Assembly: GCA_965112735.1 (NCBI GenBank)
Contig: OZ218965.1
Span: 1,488,001 to 1,552,000 of the forward strand
Direction of reading: 5' to 3'
Length of the DNA stretch: 64,000 nt
Source of the DNA: Phaeosaccion multiseriatum
Taxonomy: Eukaryota > Protista > Ochrophyta, other classes
The notes under the pieces were generated by a model. The model worked only from the letters and a program-made list of their open reading frames with translations, had not been told where the DNA came from and made no database searches. The translations under genes and the position numbers were made by a program. Below are positions 48,301-60,658 of this stretch, piece after piece; position 1 is the stretch's first letter; the number at the start of each line of letters is the position of its first letter.

Positions 48301-51300
48301 TGAAACTGTCGTATGGGCGTTCGGGGATGGATTGCCACGAACACTAGTTGTGACTATAGGGAGTACGACGACCACCCCTTTCTCCCCCCACCCTCCTCCT
48401 CGTCCTCCTCCTCCTCCTCCTCCTCCTCCTCCTCCTCCTCCTCCTCCTCCTCCTCCTCCTCCTCCTCCTCCTCCTCCTCCTCCTCCTCCTCCTCCTCCTC
48501 CTCTTCACCCCCCTCCTTCTCCTCCTCCACCTCACCCCCCTCCTTCTCCTCCTCCTCCTCCTCCTCCTCACCCCCCTCCCTCTCCTCCTCCTCCTCCTCC
48601 TCCTCCTCCTCAGCCCCCTCCCTCTCCTCCTCCTCCTCCTCCTCCTCCTCACCCCCCTCCTTCTCCTCCTCCTCCTCCTCCTCCTCACCCCCCTCCTTCT
48701 CTCATGACATGTATGTATGGGTCGGGTAGGCGCTCTCTCCGCCCTCCCCAATTCATCTCGTGCTCAGCTACCATGCTCTCCCCTCAAGATCACTTCTCCT
48801 CCCTCCTCCCCTTGGAGCGCTGCCTGGGGGGCGCCAGGGACAATTTAGAGGTCGGTACGGAGGATGGACCTCAAAACACATACTCACTCACTGACTCACG
48901 CATTCACTCGCTCACTCACTCACTCACTCACTCACTCACTGACTCGCGCATTCACTCGCTCACTCACTCACTCAATTACTCATACATTTTTTCACTCGCT
49001 CACTCAACTCACTCACTCACTCACTCACTCAACTCAACTCACTCATTCTCTCACTCCAGGTGGTTACAGAAGACGGATCACCAACGGGTCAGAGGCTCTT
49101 TGTGCTGTGGAGACCCCCCGTGGACCTGAGTTGGGAATCACAAATGGCGAAGGAGGAGGCAGAGAAGAGAGCCAAGAGAGCCAAGAGGGTGAGTGTTTTG
49201 CTGCGTAAATGGGGGGGATAAAGTGCGCTGTTCTTCTTGTTCTCCTTGTCGTCGTCGTCCTCCTCTTCCTCCTCCTCCTCCTCCTCCTCCTCCTCCTCCT
49301 CTTCCTTCTTCTCTTTCTCCTTATCCTCCTCCTCCTTCTCTTTCTCCTTATCTTCCTCCTCCTTGGTGTCATCGCCTTTGATCCCACCCACGGCCAACAC
49401 ACAGCTCCTCATGCCCCCCCTATCACACCCACTCACACCCACTCACACCCACTCACACCCACTCGCCACTGGACCCGCCCCTTCCTCTCGTCCGGCCGTA
49501 CTGTAGGAGTTGAAGAGGGCCGCCTCCAAGCTCGCTGCTCGCGCTGCCGCTCAAGAAGCAGCGTCTAAGATGGATTGGACGTGTAGCGCTGCCCCGGACA
49601 ATACATATAACGGAGAGTATCGCTCTCTAGCGGCGCAGGGGCAGCAGCAGCAAGAGGAGGAGCAGTTGTTGATCCTGCAGGAGGGGGGGGTGGGGGCACA
49701 AGAGGAGGGGGAGGAGGTGGAAGGGGAGGAGGAAGAGGAGGATGTGGAGGATGGGGAAGAGGAGGAGAAAGAGGAGGGACGGGGAGGGAAGGAGGAGGAG
49801 GAGGAGGAGGAGGAGGAGGAGGAGGAGGAGGAGGAGGAGGAGGGGGGGAGGAGGACGAAGAGACAGAGGAGGGAAGGGCGACGTACAAAAGGCTCAGGAA
49901 GAGCAGCAAGGTCGTGGAGACGAAGAGGAGAGCTGTAGACCAAGCAAGAAGAAGAAATCAAGGTCCAGCAAGGCGAAAGGCGGAAGCAACTCCGGAAGAA
50001 GAAGTGGAAGGCTCGCAGAAAGTTCCTCCACAGGGCGTTCCGACGGTAACCGCGGAAGACGGAGCCGAGTCCGGGGCAGCAATAGGTGGTGTGGAGGAGG
50101 AAGCGGAGGCAGGAGCGGGTGGTGTTGAGGAATCGGAGCTGAGGAGGTGCAGCCCAATCCAGGTGAGAGAAAGACAAGGTGGAGCTCTGCTGAGCTTTGG
50201 ATAAGCCACCCTCCACTCAATCACTCACTATCTCACTCACTTGCTCACTTACTCACTCACTCACTCACTCACTGACTCACTCACTGACTCACTCACTCAC
50301 TCACTCACTCACTGACTCACTCACTCACTCCGCCTCTCCCCCCTTCCTGGAGAAGAGAGTCGAGGACCCGCTTTGCACTCACCTTCCCTCCTTCCTTCCC
50401 TCCCTCCCTCCCTCTCTCTCTCTCTCTCCGTCCGAAAACGAAACTCGACAAACGGATGGATGGCAGGAGATGGCGAAGGTATTCTCTGAGTTGATCAAGC
50501 TTCGGATAAAGTCCCTGTCCTTCTGTCGGACGCGCAAACTCACAGAACTGGTGTTGCAAAGTGTGCTGCGAGAGCTCAGCAAAACGGCTCCGGAGCTGGA
50601 GGAGCTCGTGTTGGGGTATAGAGGCGGGTACACACGAGAAGACAGACGCGTCATCGAGAAGAAGCTGTTTGCCAACGAGCTGCTAGGGGTCGCGGCTACC
50701 TCCGCGTTGGAGCTCGGAGTTGATCTAGGGGAGCTGGACGCAACGTTGCACTTGGGGTTCCCCGGCAATATTTCATCCTTGTGGCAGCAGGCAGGGAGGG
50801 CGGGGCGGGGAGGAAAGGACTCTTTGAGTGTTATGGTTCTCTTCGATGACCCCATTTCCAACTTCTTTGTGCGGCACCCTGCTGAGCTGTTTCACAAGGC
50901 ACCAGAGAAGTGAGTGAGGGAAGGGAGAGAGGGAGGGAGGGAGGGAGGGAGGGAGGGAGGGAGGGAGGGAGGGAGGGAGGGAGGGAGGAAGAGAGTTTGT
51001 GAGTGAGTGAGTGAGTGAGTGAGTGGTCTTTCGGCTCTTTGAAATTCTCGACCACCCCCCCCCCCCCGCCCTCACGCCCTGACCCTTTCCCCTCCCCCCT
51101 CTGGCCCCTGTTCTGTCCCCCCTCCCTCCCTTATGCGTGGTGTCAGGACTGTAATCGATTGGCACAATGAGCTGATTATCCGATCGCACCTCTTCTGCGC
51201 TGCGGCGGAGCTCCCGCTCTCCTCCTCCCTGACCTCCGCTCATCAGCAGCAGAGCAGCAGCAGCAGTACCACCACCACCTGGCAGAGCAGAGTGACGGAC

Positions 51301-52845
51301 GTTGCCCTTTTTGGTGGTGGTGGTGGTGGTGGAGGAGGAGGAGGAGGAGGAGGAGGAGGAGGAGGAGGCGGAGGAGGAGGAGGAGGAGGAGGAGGAGGAG
51401 GAGGAGGAGGAGGAGCGAGGCATGCCCATGAGGAAGAGGGCGACGCCCTCGATCTCACCCTTGCCAGGAGTAGTCTCGCGCACAACCTGGCCTGTCTACA
51501 GGCACACAAGGATGGTGAGGCCGTTGCCAAGTTAGTGCAGAGCACCAACGGACATGGCATGCTCGTCGCCAACCCCTGCTTCGAAGAGGCACCTGCCCGC
51601 ATGGTCAACCTCCGTATGATTGATCCTGTGTCCTTCTCCGTGGTGGAGGAGGTGTCGGGAAGGGTGCTGGACACGTTGGAATACGGTCGGGCCTTCTACG
51701 AGCTGTATGAGGGGGCCATCTACCTGCATCAAGCGAGGCAGTACCTCATTGTTAAGCTCGATTTGGGGACTCATGAGGCCAAGGCGAGGGCGGTGAAGGT
51801 GAATTACTACACCTCAGGGAGAGATGATACGGACGTCCGAGTGACCAAGTGCATTGAGACGGAGGGGGGCGGACTCCTCCACAATGGTGCGTGCGTGCGT
51901 GCGTGCGTGCGTTGATGTCAAGCTCATATCAAGCTGATGTCAAGCTCTCATGTCAAGCAGTGGGTGGGGCGCACCAAGGAATACCAACACCTCACACATG
52001 TGGGAGGAGAGGAGGGAGGAGGTGAAACGAAGAGTGCTGCTGCTGGGGTCAAAGAGGCAAACCACAGCTCGTGGGTAGCGGCAGTGAGTGCCTTCCCCCC
52101 TTGGGGATCGTACTCTTACTCTTTGTCTCTCGTTCCGGCCCTCTTGTTGCGCCTTTTTCCGAAGCCTCTTCACAAAACTTACTTGGCGCCAACGCGATGC
52201 GCTGCTCTCTGTTGTCATTTCCTCTCCTCTCCTCTCCTTTCCTCTCCTCTCCTCTCCTCCCATTTCCTCTCTTCCCATTTCCTCTCCTCTCGTCTCCTCT
52301 CTTCCCGTTTCCTCTCCTCTCCTCTCCTCTCCTCCCATTTCCTCTCTTCCCATTTCCTCTTCCCATTTCCTCTCCTCTCCTCTTCTCCCATTTCCCCTCT
52401 TCCCATTTCCTCTTACTCCCATTTCCTCTCCTTTCCTCTCCTCTTACTTCTCCTCTCCTTTCCCCTTCCCTTTCCTCCCCTCCCCTCCCCTCCCCTCCCC
52501 TCCTCTCTTCTCCTCTTCTCCTCTTCTCCTCTTGTCTCCCCTCCCCTCCTTTCCTCTCTTCTCATTTCCTCTAATTTCCTTTCCTCATCCTCCCCTCCCC
52601 GCCGCTCCCCTCCAAATGTATGCATGCATGCAGGCTGTTGTGACGTCATCACCTCTGTTTACGGTTACGTCAGAATCTACATGGGGCAGCGAGGCACCCC
52701 CAAGGAGGTCTACGACTGCAACCTCCCCCCCTTGGAGTACAGCACACGATGCATGTGGATTGACATTCCGCCCGACATCAAGAGGCGCGTCGAGCAAGGT
52801 GGCCCCGTGTCAGCGGCTGACAGAGCGCAGGAGGAGAAGAAGAAG

Positions 52846-52884
<39 letters not shown>

Positions 52885-53757
52885 GAAAAGGAGGAGGAAG
52901 AAGAGAGAGAGTACAAAGGGAGCAAGGGGGGGGCACAGAAGGGCAAGAAGCAGCACGTCGAGGAGGAAGAGGATGAGGAGATGGAAACAACACAAGAGGA
53001 GATGGAAACAGCACAAGAGGAGATGGAAACAACACAAGAGGAGATGGAAACAACACAAGAGGAGATGGAAACAACACAAGAGGAGATGGAAACAGCACAA
53101 GAGGAGATGGAAACAACACAAGAGGAGATGGAAACAACACAAGAGGAGATGGAAACAACACAAGAGGAGATGGAAACAGCACAAGAGGAGATGGAAACAA
53201 CACAAGAGGAGATGGAAACAACACAAGAGGAGATGGAAACAGCACAAGAGGAGATGGAAACAACACAAGAGGAGATGGAAACAACACAAGAGGAGATGGA
53301 AACAGCACAAGCTGCAGCCCTCGCCCCAGCTCCATTGCGCGCGGCGCTGCGTGAGGAAGGAAAGGACAAATCGCGTGAGGAAGGAAAGGACAAATCGCGT
53401 GAGGAAGGAAAGGACAAATCGCGTGAGGAAGGAAAGGACAAATCGCGTGAGGAAGGAAAGGACAAATCGCGTGAGGAAGGAAAGAACAAATCGCCTACGC
53501 CGGACACCTCTACCGTCCCTTCGTCGCCTCCGACGGCGGCCTGCCAGCAGGAGGGGCCCATGAGCTTCCAGGGGGGGATCCATGCGGCAAGCCACGCGCT
53601 GCTGACAGTGGTGCCTCTCTTCCTCACTTGCGACGTGTCCGATGTGGACTGCGACCATCAGAAGAGGTGGGGGGGGCGGCCGAGGCCTAACAGGATCATT
53701 CTTTTCGACAAGCGACCCGGAGGAGTCGGGGTGAGTGAGTGTGTGAGTGAGTTAGTG

Positions 53758-53806
<49 letters not shown>

Positions 53807-54150
53807 GTGTGTGTGTGTGTGCGTGTGCGTGTGTGCGTGAGGGGGGAGCGAGAGGGAGAGGAGGGAGTGGATCGCGCAGTAGAGACAGAGCGGAGCGGGA
53901 CGGACTTTCGACAAGTGTGGAGGAGGGCTTGCTGCTGTCTTCTTGCTGTACACGAGGCTCGTTGAAGGGTTCCGCCCGGAAGGGAGCTTGCTGCCTTCTT
54001 AAAGGGTTTTGTGTCTGTCGTCAGTCTGTCGTCTATCGTCGTGTTTCGTCTTCTTTCCTCCCTTTCGCCTGTAGTCCGAGTACCACACGCAGAAGGATGA
54101 TTTTCGCCGCCCCTCCCCCCCCTCCGCGCCCACACACACCCACACACGCA

Positions 54151-54223
<73 letters not shown>

Positions 54224-54958
54224 CACGCACACACACACACACACACGCACAAACACACACACACAGGTCGCGGACGCTCTGTTTAACATGTACCCTGAGG
54301 TACTGCAAAAGGCGCTGTCCGTAATGAAGGAGTGCCCCTGCCGGTCGGGGTGTCCTTCCTGCATACACCACCACCAATGCCCGGGCTTCAACCTCGGTCA
54401 TGAAGCACCGGACAAGAGAGCAGGCATCCTCCTCTTGTCTCTCCTCATCGCCGCCCTGCCTTGCAAGGAGGGGGAGGAGGGGGAGGAGCGAACAGCAGCG
54501 CGAGGAGTTACGGGAGCCCAAGCCCAAGCATCGGGGGAGGAGCGGGCTGGGCGGGGTGGTGTGGGGTCTCGCCTGGGGGAGAGCGATTGCGCCTCTGGGG
54601 GCAGCGGGGCCGGCGTTGGACGAGGACGAGGAGGAGGAGCGGCAGCAAGACCGACCAAAGGAGCTGGGGAAGGGATTGAATGCAGTCGCAATGGCAAGAG
54701 CAACGATCCTCGAGCCATCAACCTCGCGGCCGCCAAAGGTAAAGCACCGACGGACGCACCACGGCCACACGGCGGGGGGGCTGAGGAGATGCGGGTGAAG
54801 GATGTAGGGGTGGCGCTGCACTTCCACCTCATGAACTCTCTCGTCGCCTTTTCTCGCTTCCTCTCTTCCTCTCTCTCTCTCTCTTCTCTGCAGGAATGGA
54901 CAATGCCCGTGTCAAGGACATGTCTGTACGAAAAGGATGGCTCCCTAACCTTCGCTGA
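45364..54958 (+). CDS. HRQ1: Hrq1/YprA-like DEAH-box helicase with DUF1998 Zn domain; one apparent frameshift near 49841-49848
   Basis: Motifs FSHQARAI, TSTSSGKS, FPTKALAQDQ, ILTNPDMLH, VVIDESHMYRGAFGAHV, CSAT, FCRTRK, YRGGY, ATSALELGVDLG, QQAGRAGR, YEGAIYLHQ, GGIHAASHAL, CPCRSGCPSCI. Exons are joined by GT-AG introns; last exon 54894-54958. Confidence 0.92.
52975..53310 (+). repeat. Coding 21-bp tandem repeat (EEMET[T/A]Q) x16
   Basis: GAGGAGATGGAAACA(A/G)CACAA units in an HRQ1 exon. Confidence 0.95.
53350..53493 (+). repeat. Coding 24-bp tandem repeat (REEGKDKS) x6
   Basis: CGTGAGGAAGGAAAGGACAAATCG units. Confidence 0.95.
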
Positions 54959-55806
54959 ACAAAGGACTATGGCGAGACTGCTCACTTCTCTGTACATGAA
55001 GATTGGGGACAAGCCCCCATTTTTTAAAGAGCGTTACAAGCAAAAATGTTCTTCTCTCTCTCCACCTCAACCCATGATGCTTTGCTTTCCTCGCACCCAT
55101 CCATCCGCCATCCGCCATTTGTCGTGTGAACTGCCTCCTTTCCCCTCAAGGTCAGCGAACAGCCGAAAGAAAGGAGCACGCAATGGATGTACAAAAGCTC
55201 TACTGTCGTCCGTCCGTCCGTTCGTTCTGCTGCCTCCCCCAGCTGTCACGTGCCACGCCATTGTGCCTTCCCCCCGTCTCCATCTGCTGCCATTCATGCA
55301 GCCCAAACTCTCTCTCTCTCTATCTCTCTATGGCGCTCGCTTACCCCGGGAAGCAAAACAGTACAGAAAGGAGAAGGGTTGAAACAGAAAGCCGAGCAGT
55401 AGCGCTTGACCCTCTGTCCAGTGATGCCTCGTGTCGAAACCGCAAACCCCTGCCATATCCCCCACCTGCCCCCCTTTTCCTCGCGAAGAATCAAGTGCTT
55501 TGGGACCCCATACCCCGTCCCATGCAACAGCAGTTGGTGATACAGCAGCAGCGGCAGCAGCAGCAGCAGGAGGCCATCTGCTGTGCCGTGAGCTGCCTCG
55601 CACGCAGACAAACTCACTCACTCCAAGGAAGAACCACGTGGCAAGCGCAATGAAGCGTTGGCACGGAAGAACCGCAAAGCCGAGCACGCCCTTTCCCAAA
55701 CTAAACACAAAAAAAGGCCGATCCATCGCAGTGGTGCGCCCCCCCCCCCGGGGCGGGCAGTCTGACACACCCCAAAAGACAACCCACGCAGCCATTGAGT
55801 TCCTCC

Positions 55807-57235
55807 TCACATTGGCCCTCGTGGAGGGGGTCCTCCTCTTCCCATTGGAGGCCCACCCATCGGGGGCCCTCCCATCGGGGGCATGCCACGTCCCATCGCG
55901 CCAGGAGGTGCACCGTAACCCCCCGGGGCGCTGGGTGGCGGCATGCCTGCGCAGAAGGAGAGAGGCACAAGGGGAAGGGAGCAATGGACGTTATGGTGGG
56001 GTAGGTAGGGTGGATAGACAGGTGGGTGGGTGGATAGGTGGGTGGATAGGTGGGTGGGTGGGCCAGAAGAAGGGTCGACACGGAGGAGCAACGGGCAGTG
56101 ACAGGGATGTCACAGAGACGCCGAAAGAAAAAGCAGCGCAGGAAGGGGAAAGCTTGACTTGGAGTTCAGGTGACTTGCTTTGCTATATGCAGCGCCTTAC
56201 CTCTCGGCGGGAAGCCTCCTTGTTGAGGAGGCATCCCTCGGGGCATGCCCTGGGGAGGCCCCCCTGGTGGCATGCCTCCTCCACCCGGCGGCACTCGGTA
56301 CTGAGCACCTGATTGCGCAGCAACTGCATGCAGCAAGGCAGACAAGAAAGGAGGAGGAGGAGGAGGAGGAGGAGGAGGAGGAGGAGGAGGAGGAGCAAGA
56401 AAGCGAATGAGGCCGATGCGATAGCAATGTTGTGAGGGTTGGAAGAAGGGACACATCGGCATGCCCCAGACACGCGCTTCTCCTCTGAGCCTGCCTCCGC
56501 CCTCCCGCCACTCTTTGAAGGAGGGGAATCGACTCATTGGACTTCCGACGTCGTCGGTGTGTGTCTTACCTGCTTGGGGCTGCATCATGCCCATAGCTGG
56601 GCCTCCCACGCCTCTTACGGGTCCCGCAAGGCCCACTGGTGCCCCCGTCACTGGGCCCGTCGGTATCCCCCTCCCCGCTGCCTTGCCCATCCCCGGCCCT
56701 CCTGGTGCTGCCTTTCCGTCGTCCTCTGGCGGTGGTGGCCCCTCTACCGACAGCGATACCACGTTCTCCCCTCTGACCATGACCAGTCCTAATAAACGCT
56801 TCTCCAGCCGCTCTTCCTCAATGCCCTTGTCGGCGCCCTTCTTCTTAATCTTTCTGTACTCCTCGCAGTCCCCCAGGATGAGATTCATGTGCCGATCGAA
56901 GGCCATAAACGTCCCCACCAGAGTGCGCTGGTCCAGAATGAGCACTCGCATGCGATAATTCACATACCGCAGCATCTTGCTGCTCCGTGACATCGACTGG
57001 GGGGAATGATGGGGGTGGAGAGGTGGAGTCTTAGGGCGCGAACAGATCACTAAGGTATTGGATCATGCCATACAAAGAGAGCTGGGGGGGTGGGGGGGTG
57101 GATATCATGAGAGCAAAGACATCAATATCCAACCTTCCCTATCCCCCCAGTGAGGCGATATCTTAGGGACGGGAGGGCTTATCTCCCTCTACTCCGCTCC
57201 TCATCTCCCCCCTTCACGCGCAAGGCACTTACCAT
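55807..57235 (-). CDS. SNRPB: Small nuclear ribonucleoprotein SmB/B'; 4 exons, first coding exon is ATG only
   Basis: Exons 57233-57235, 56570-56996, 56201-56323, 55807-55946. Motifs SSKML..VNYRMRV...[61 protein letters not shown], and a Pro/Gly/Met tail. Confidence 0.95.
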
Positions 57236-58185
57236 GATGCAGCTGTATACCTCCCGCACTGCTGCAGCAGTACCGACAACAATAGAGAAGGAGGGGGAGG
57301 GTGGACGAGACGAGGGAGGAGCGCACCCCCCTGGGACGACCAGGGTTTGGCAGCGACGTACGAGTTGGTACTCCGTTCAAAAGCCCATTAAGCCCATACC
57401 CCCCCACCCGTAAGTCAATAAACTCACCCCTACAATAAATACCCCCCTCCGAGAGCGTATTCTGCGCTCCTGTGACGCCCTATTTGTGCCCTATTTTGAG
57501 GAGAAGGGAGTGTGAGGAGATGCGTGATATATACCCCTTTGCTCGACGTGGCGTCGGTAATGGCCTGAGCAACAACCGCCCATCCATCGCTGGGCCTAAT
57601 AATCGATAATAATTACTTTGCCAGGCAGGGGCCCCTACTTTCCAGCCGAGAGGTGTGCGGGCTTTGGGCTTAGAAAAGGCGTGCTAAACCACCACCAAGC
57701 TCAATTCTCTTTTGCTCTAGAGTGGAGGACTGCGTTGATTGATCGATTGAGGCGCAGCGGCGAAGGAGGGCACCGTCGAGCTGGCACTCACTCGTGAATG
57801 AATGGCGGCCACCCACACACCCACAAACGCTCCGGAGCGGCGAGCGCGGGGAGGTTGTGAGAACTGAGCTCTCCCTTGCTCTCTCTTGAGTCTGGGCCTT
57901 ACACATCCTCGATCCATCAGAAGAGCCCGAAACATAGGCCCAATGCCTGTGTCACTTATCTTACTCGGGCTGCCCAACAGGCTGCGAGGGTGACGGCTAC
58001 CACCCTCACTGCCGCCAAACCCTCTCCGTCTCCACTGCATGGTGCTGTCTGACCCTGATAAATCTCTACTCCAAATCTCGCTGCTGGCATAGTCGCATTC
58101 GCCTTTGAGGCGGAAGAGCTGTCCCTCCCTCCCTCCTTCCCTCCCTCCCTCCCTCTCCTTCCTTCCCTCCTTCCCAAGTACGAAA

Positions 58186-59336
58186 TCATCGACTTTGATG
58201 CAAAATTTTGACCGCCATCGCCGCCGCCCCGAACCCATTGTCGATGTTCACCACACTAACGCCGGGGGCGCACGCATTCAGCATGGTCAGCAACGGCGCC
58301 ACCCCGGAGAAGCAAGCACCATATCCCACACTCGTGGGCACGGCGACAACTGGACAGGCCACGAGGCCGCCCACCACGGCAGGGAGAGCTCCGTCCATAC
58401 CCGCCACCACACAGCAGCACTTGGCGTCGCGGAGCTTGTGCAGGTTGGCAAAGAGGCGGTGGATGCCGGCAACACCGCAGTCGTACACCCGCTCCACCCT
58501 GAAGCCGCACACCTCCACAAGTAGGGCGCACTCCTCTGCCACTTGTTGGTCGCTAGTGCCTGCGGACATTACGACGACTTTGCCTGCCTTGGCGAGCGTA
58601 GCGTCTCCTCCGTAGATCACCACTCGCGCCTCCGGGCGGTATTGCAGCCCCTCGATTGGCGAGCGAGAAAGCTCTGCCCACTTCTCTGGCGAGACTCGAG
58701 TGGCCACGATGGGCCTCACGTAGGGCACTTGCTGCGCCTCCTCTTGCTGTTGCTGTTGCTCCTCCTCCTCCTCTTGCTGCTTCTGCGATACTATCATACT
58801 CTCCAGTATGCCCTGCAGCTGAGCGGCTGTTTTCCCTTCCCCGTAAACCTACGGGGAGGGCAGGGGGGGGGGGAGGGAGTAAGGGGGGTTGGGTAGGGTG
58901 GTAGGATAAACACTTACTATAGATTTACTCCAACCCACTCTCATCCCTCCCTCGCTCGCTCCCTCCGCTCCTCTCTGTGCGGGCACACACATGCCTCACT
59001 GCCTCACTGACTCACCACTTCGGGAAAGCCTGTCCTCTTCCAGCGCAAATGGTCGACCTTTGCGTAGTCACCCAGGCTTTCAATACCCTGCGCCACTAGT
59101 GGAGAAAGTAGCCGCTCGGCCTCGGCCACCGCCAGCCGGCCGTCGCTCACGTCCTTCAGTACCGCCCGCCAGTCCGTTGAAGGCGGGGAAGTAGACAGGC
59201 AGCGCGTCCCTCCCTCATGGCGCCTGCACTGCTGCTCCTGCTGCTGCTTTTGTGGCGGCTGCCGCCGCCTTCTTCGGCCTGTGCCCGCGCGGAGGCAGCA
59301 ATAGCCCGCCCTCGGAGGCAGCAACCGGCTAAGCAT
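58186..59336 (-). CDS. larB: LarB/CpmA-like (PurE/AIR-carboxylase fold) protein with N-terminal targeting-like extension; 2 exons
   Basis: Exons 59016-59336 (alternative ATG 59405) and 58186-58848. Motifs AKVDHLRWKRTGFPEVVYGEGKT, ATR, SAGTSDQQVAEE, DCGVAGIHRL, VVAGMDGALPAVVGGL, PTSVGYG, MLNACAPGVSVVNIDNGFGAA. Confidence 0.92.
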
Positions 59337-59465
59337 GGTTAGCCGTCTCCTTCCGAAGAAAGGATCTCCGCGGGGGAGAAGAGAAGGGCGGGATTCAGGG
59401 CACATTTCTCACTTTTACTTTTAGGCGGCCCCCCCCGGTGAAAACTTCTCCCTCACCTTCGGCCC

Positions 59466-60590
59466 ATGGCAGGCCGCTTGCTCTACAAGGAGCTGCTGTA
59501 CTATGCTCGATTGTACGACAAGACTAATTCAGCCAAGGTGAGTAAGCGAGCCAGCTTTTTGTTTTTTCTCTCTTTCTTCTCTCTCTATCTCCTTCTGCTC
59601 TCTCTCTCTCTCTCTCCCTCTCCTCCTTACTTTGCTTTATTACTTCTCGCTCGCAGGTGCTCTTTAGACGCTACCCATCGCATCTTGCTCCTTGTGGAGA
59701 GGAAGCGGCATCGGGAAGCGCAGAGAATCTGTACGAGCGCGTCCTGGACAGCATTATGGGAGAGGGCAAGCAGTTTGTGACGCCTGACCGCCTCTGCATC
59801 GACGCGGAGGAGGGGCGCTCTGGCCAAAGTAGCGCCAACCCTGGGCCCGACTGTACGAACCCGAAGCCATTTCGAGACCTCGTCAAGCTCTGGGCGAGAG
59901 GGGAGCGGGCGGCCGCGTATGGAGAGGCCGCGTTGCTGGATGGAGGTGAGCTTGTTTTGGAGAGAAGGCATGCGTGGAAAGGAAAGGCTTTGGGGGGGAC
60001 TGCATGGGGTTCTAGGGGCCTGACGAAGACGGGCGTATTGCTTCACCAGCCCAAGTCCTTATGCTCACGGGTATAGCTCCCTCGCAGGTTTTCGTGTGCT
60101 GCGGGAGCTGTCGAACAGATGGCATGTTGCAAAGGAGCTGCAATTGGCGCCGACGGAGAGCCACCTGAGAATGCTCGACAGACAACGGGCCCAAGCACAA
60201 GCAGCGGCTGGTAGCTCATCACCCTTCAAGAAGAAGCAGTCTGCTGCTGCTGCTGCTGCTCTTGCTGCTGCTCCTGCTCCTGCTGGGGCTACCACATTTG
60301 TGGCGGATGGGCCAGTGGTACCAGTAGACCACGTAGAACCGGGTTGCTTTCTCATCGCCCATCCCTTGGAAAGTAGTCGGCAGTTCCACCGCTCCGTGAT
60401 CCTCATTGTGCGGGAGAACGAGCGGAGCGGCACTTACGGCCTCATTCTCAACAGAGAGACGGAGAATGAGGTCCCTGCTGCGGGTTGGCCCACCGGGGAC
60501 GCCCTCAAAGTGTTCAGCAGAAACCCACTCCGGGATGGCGGGCCGGTAAGAAGGCCTTAGGCGAAAGCCAAGGGCGGGAAAATAGGCGGG

Positions 60591-60658
<68 letters not shown>

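Noticed and set aside
54739-55382. HRQ1 C-terminus reading through to 55382 as in the ORF track
   Set aside because: A GT-AG intron at 54739-54893 with a clear pyrimidine tract gives a shorter, more plausible end at 54958.
57480-57680. Possible snRNA upstream of SmB
   Set aside because: No match to the U1, U2, U4, U5 or U6 conserved motifs that I could recognise.
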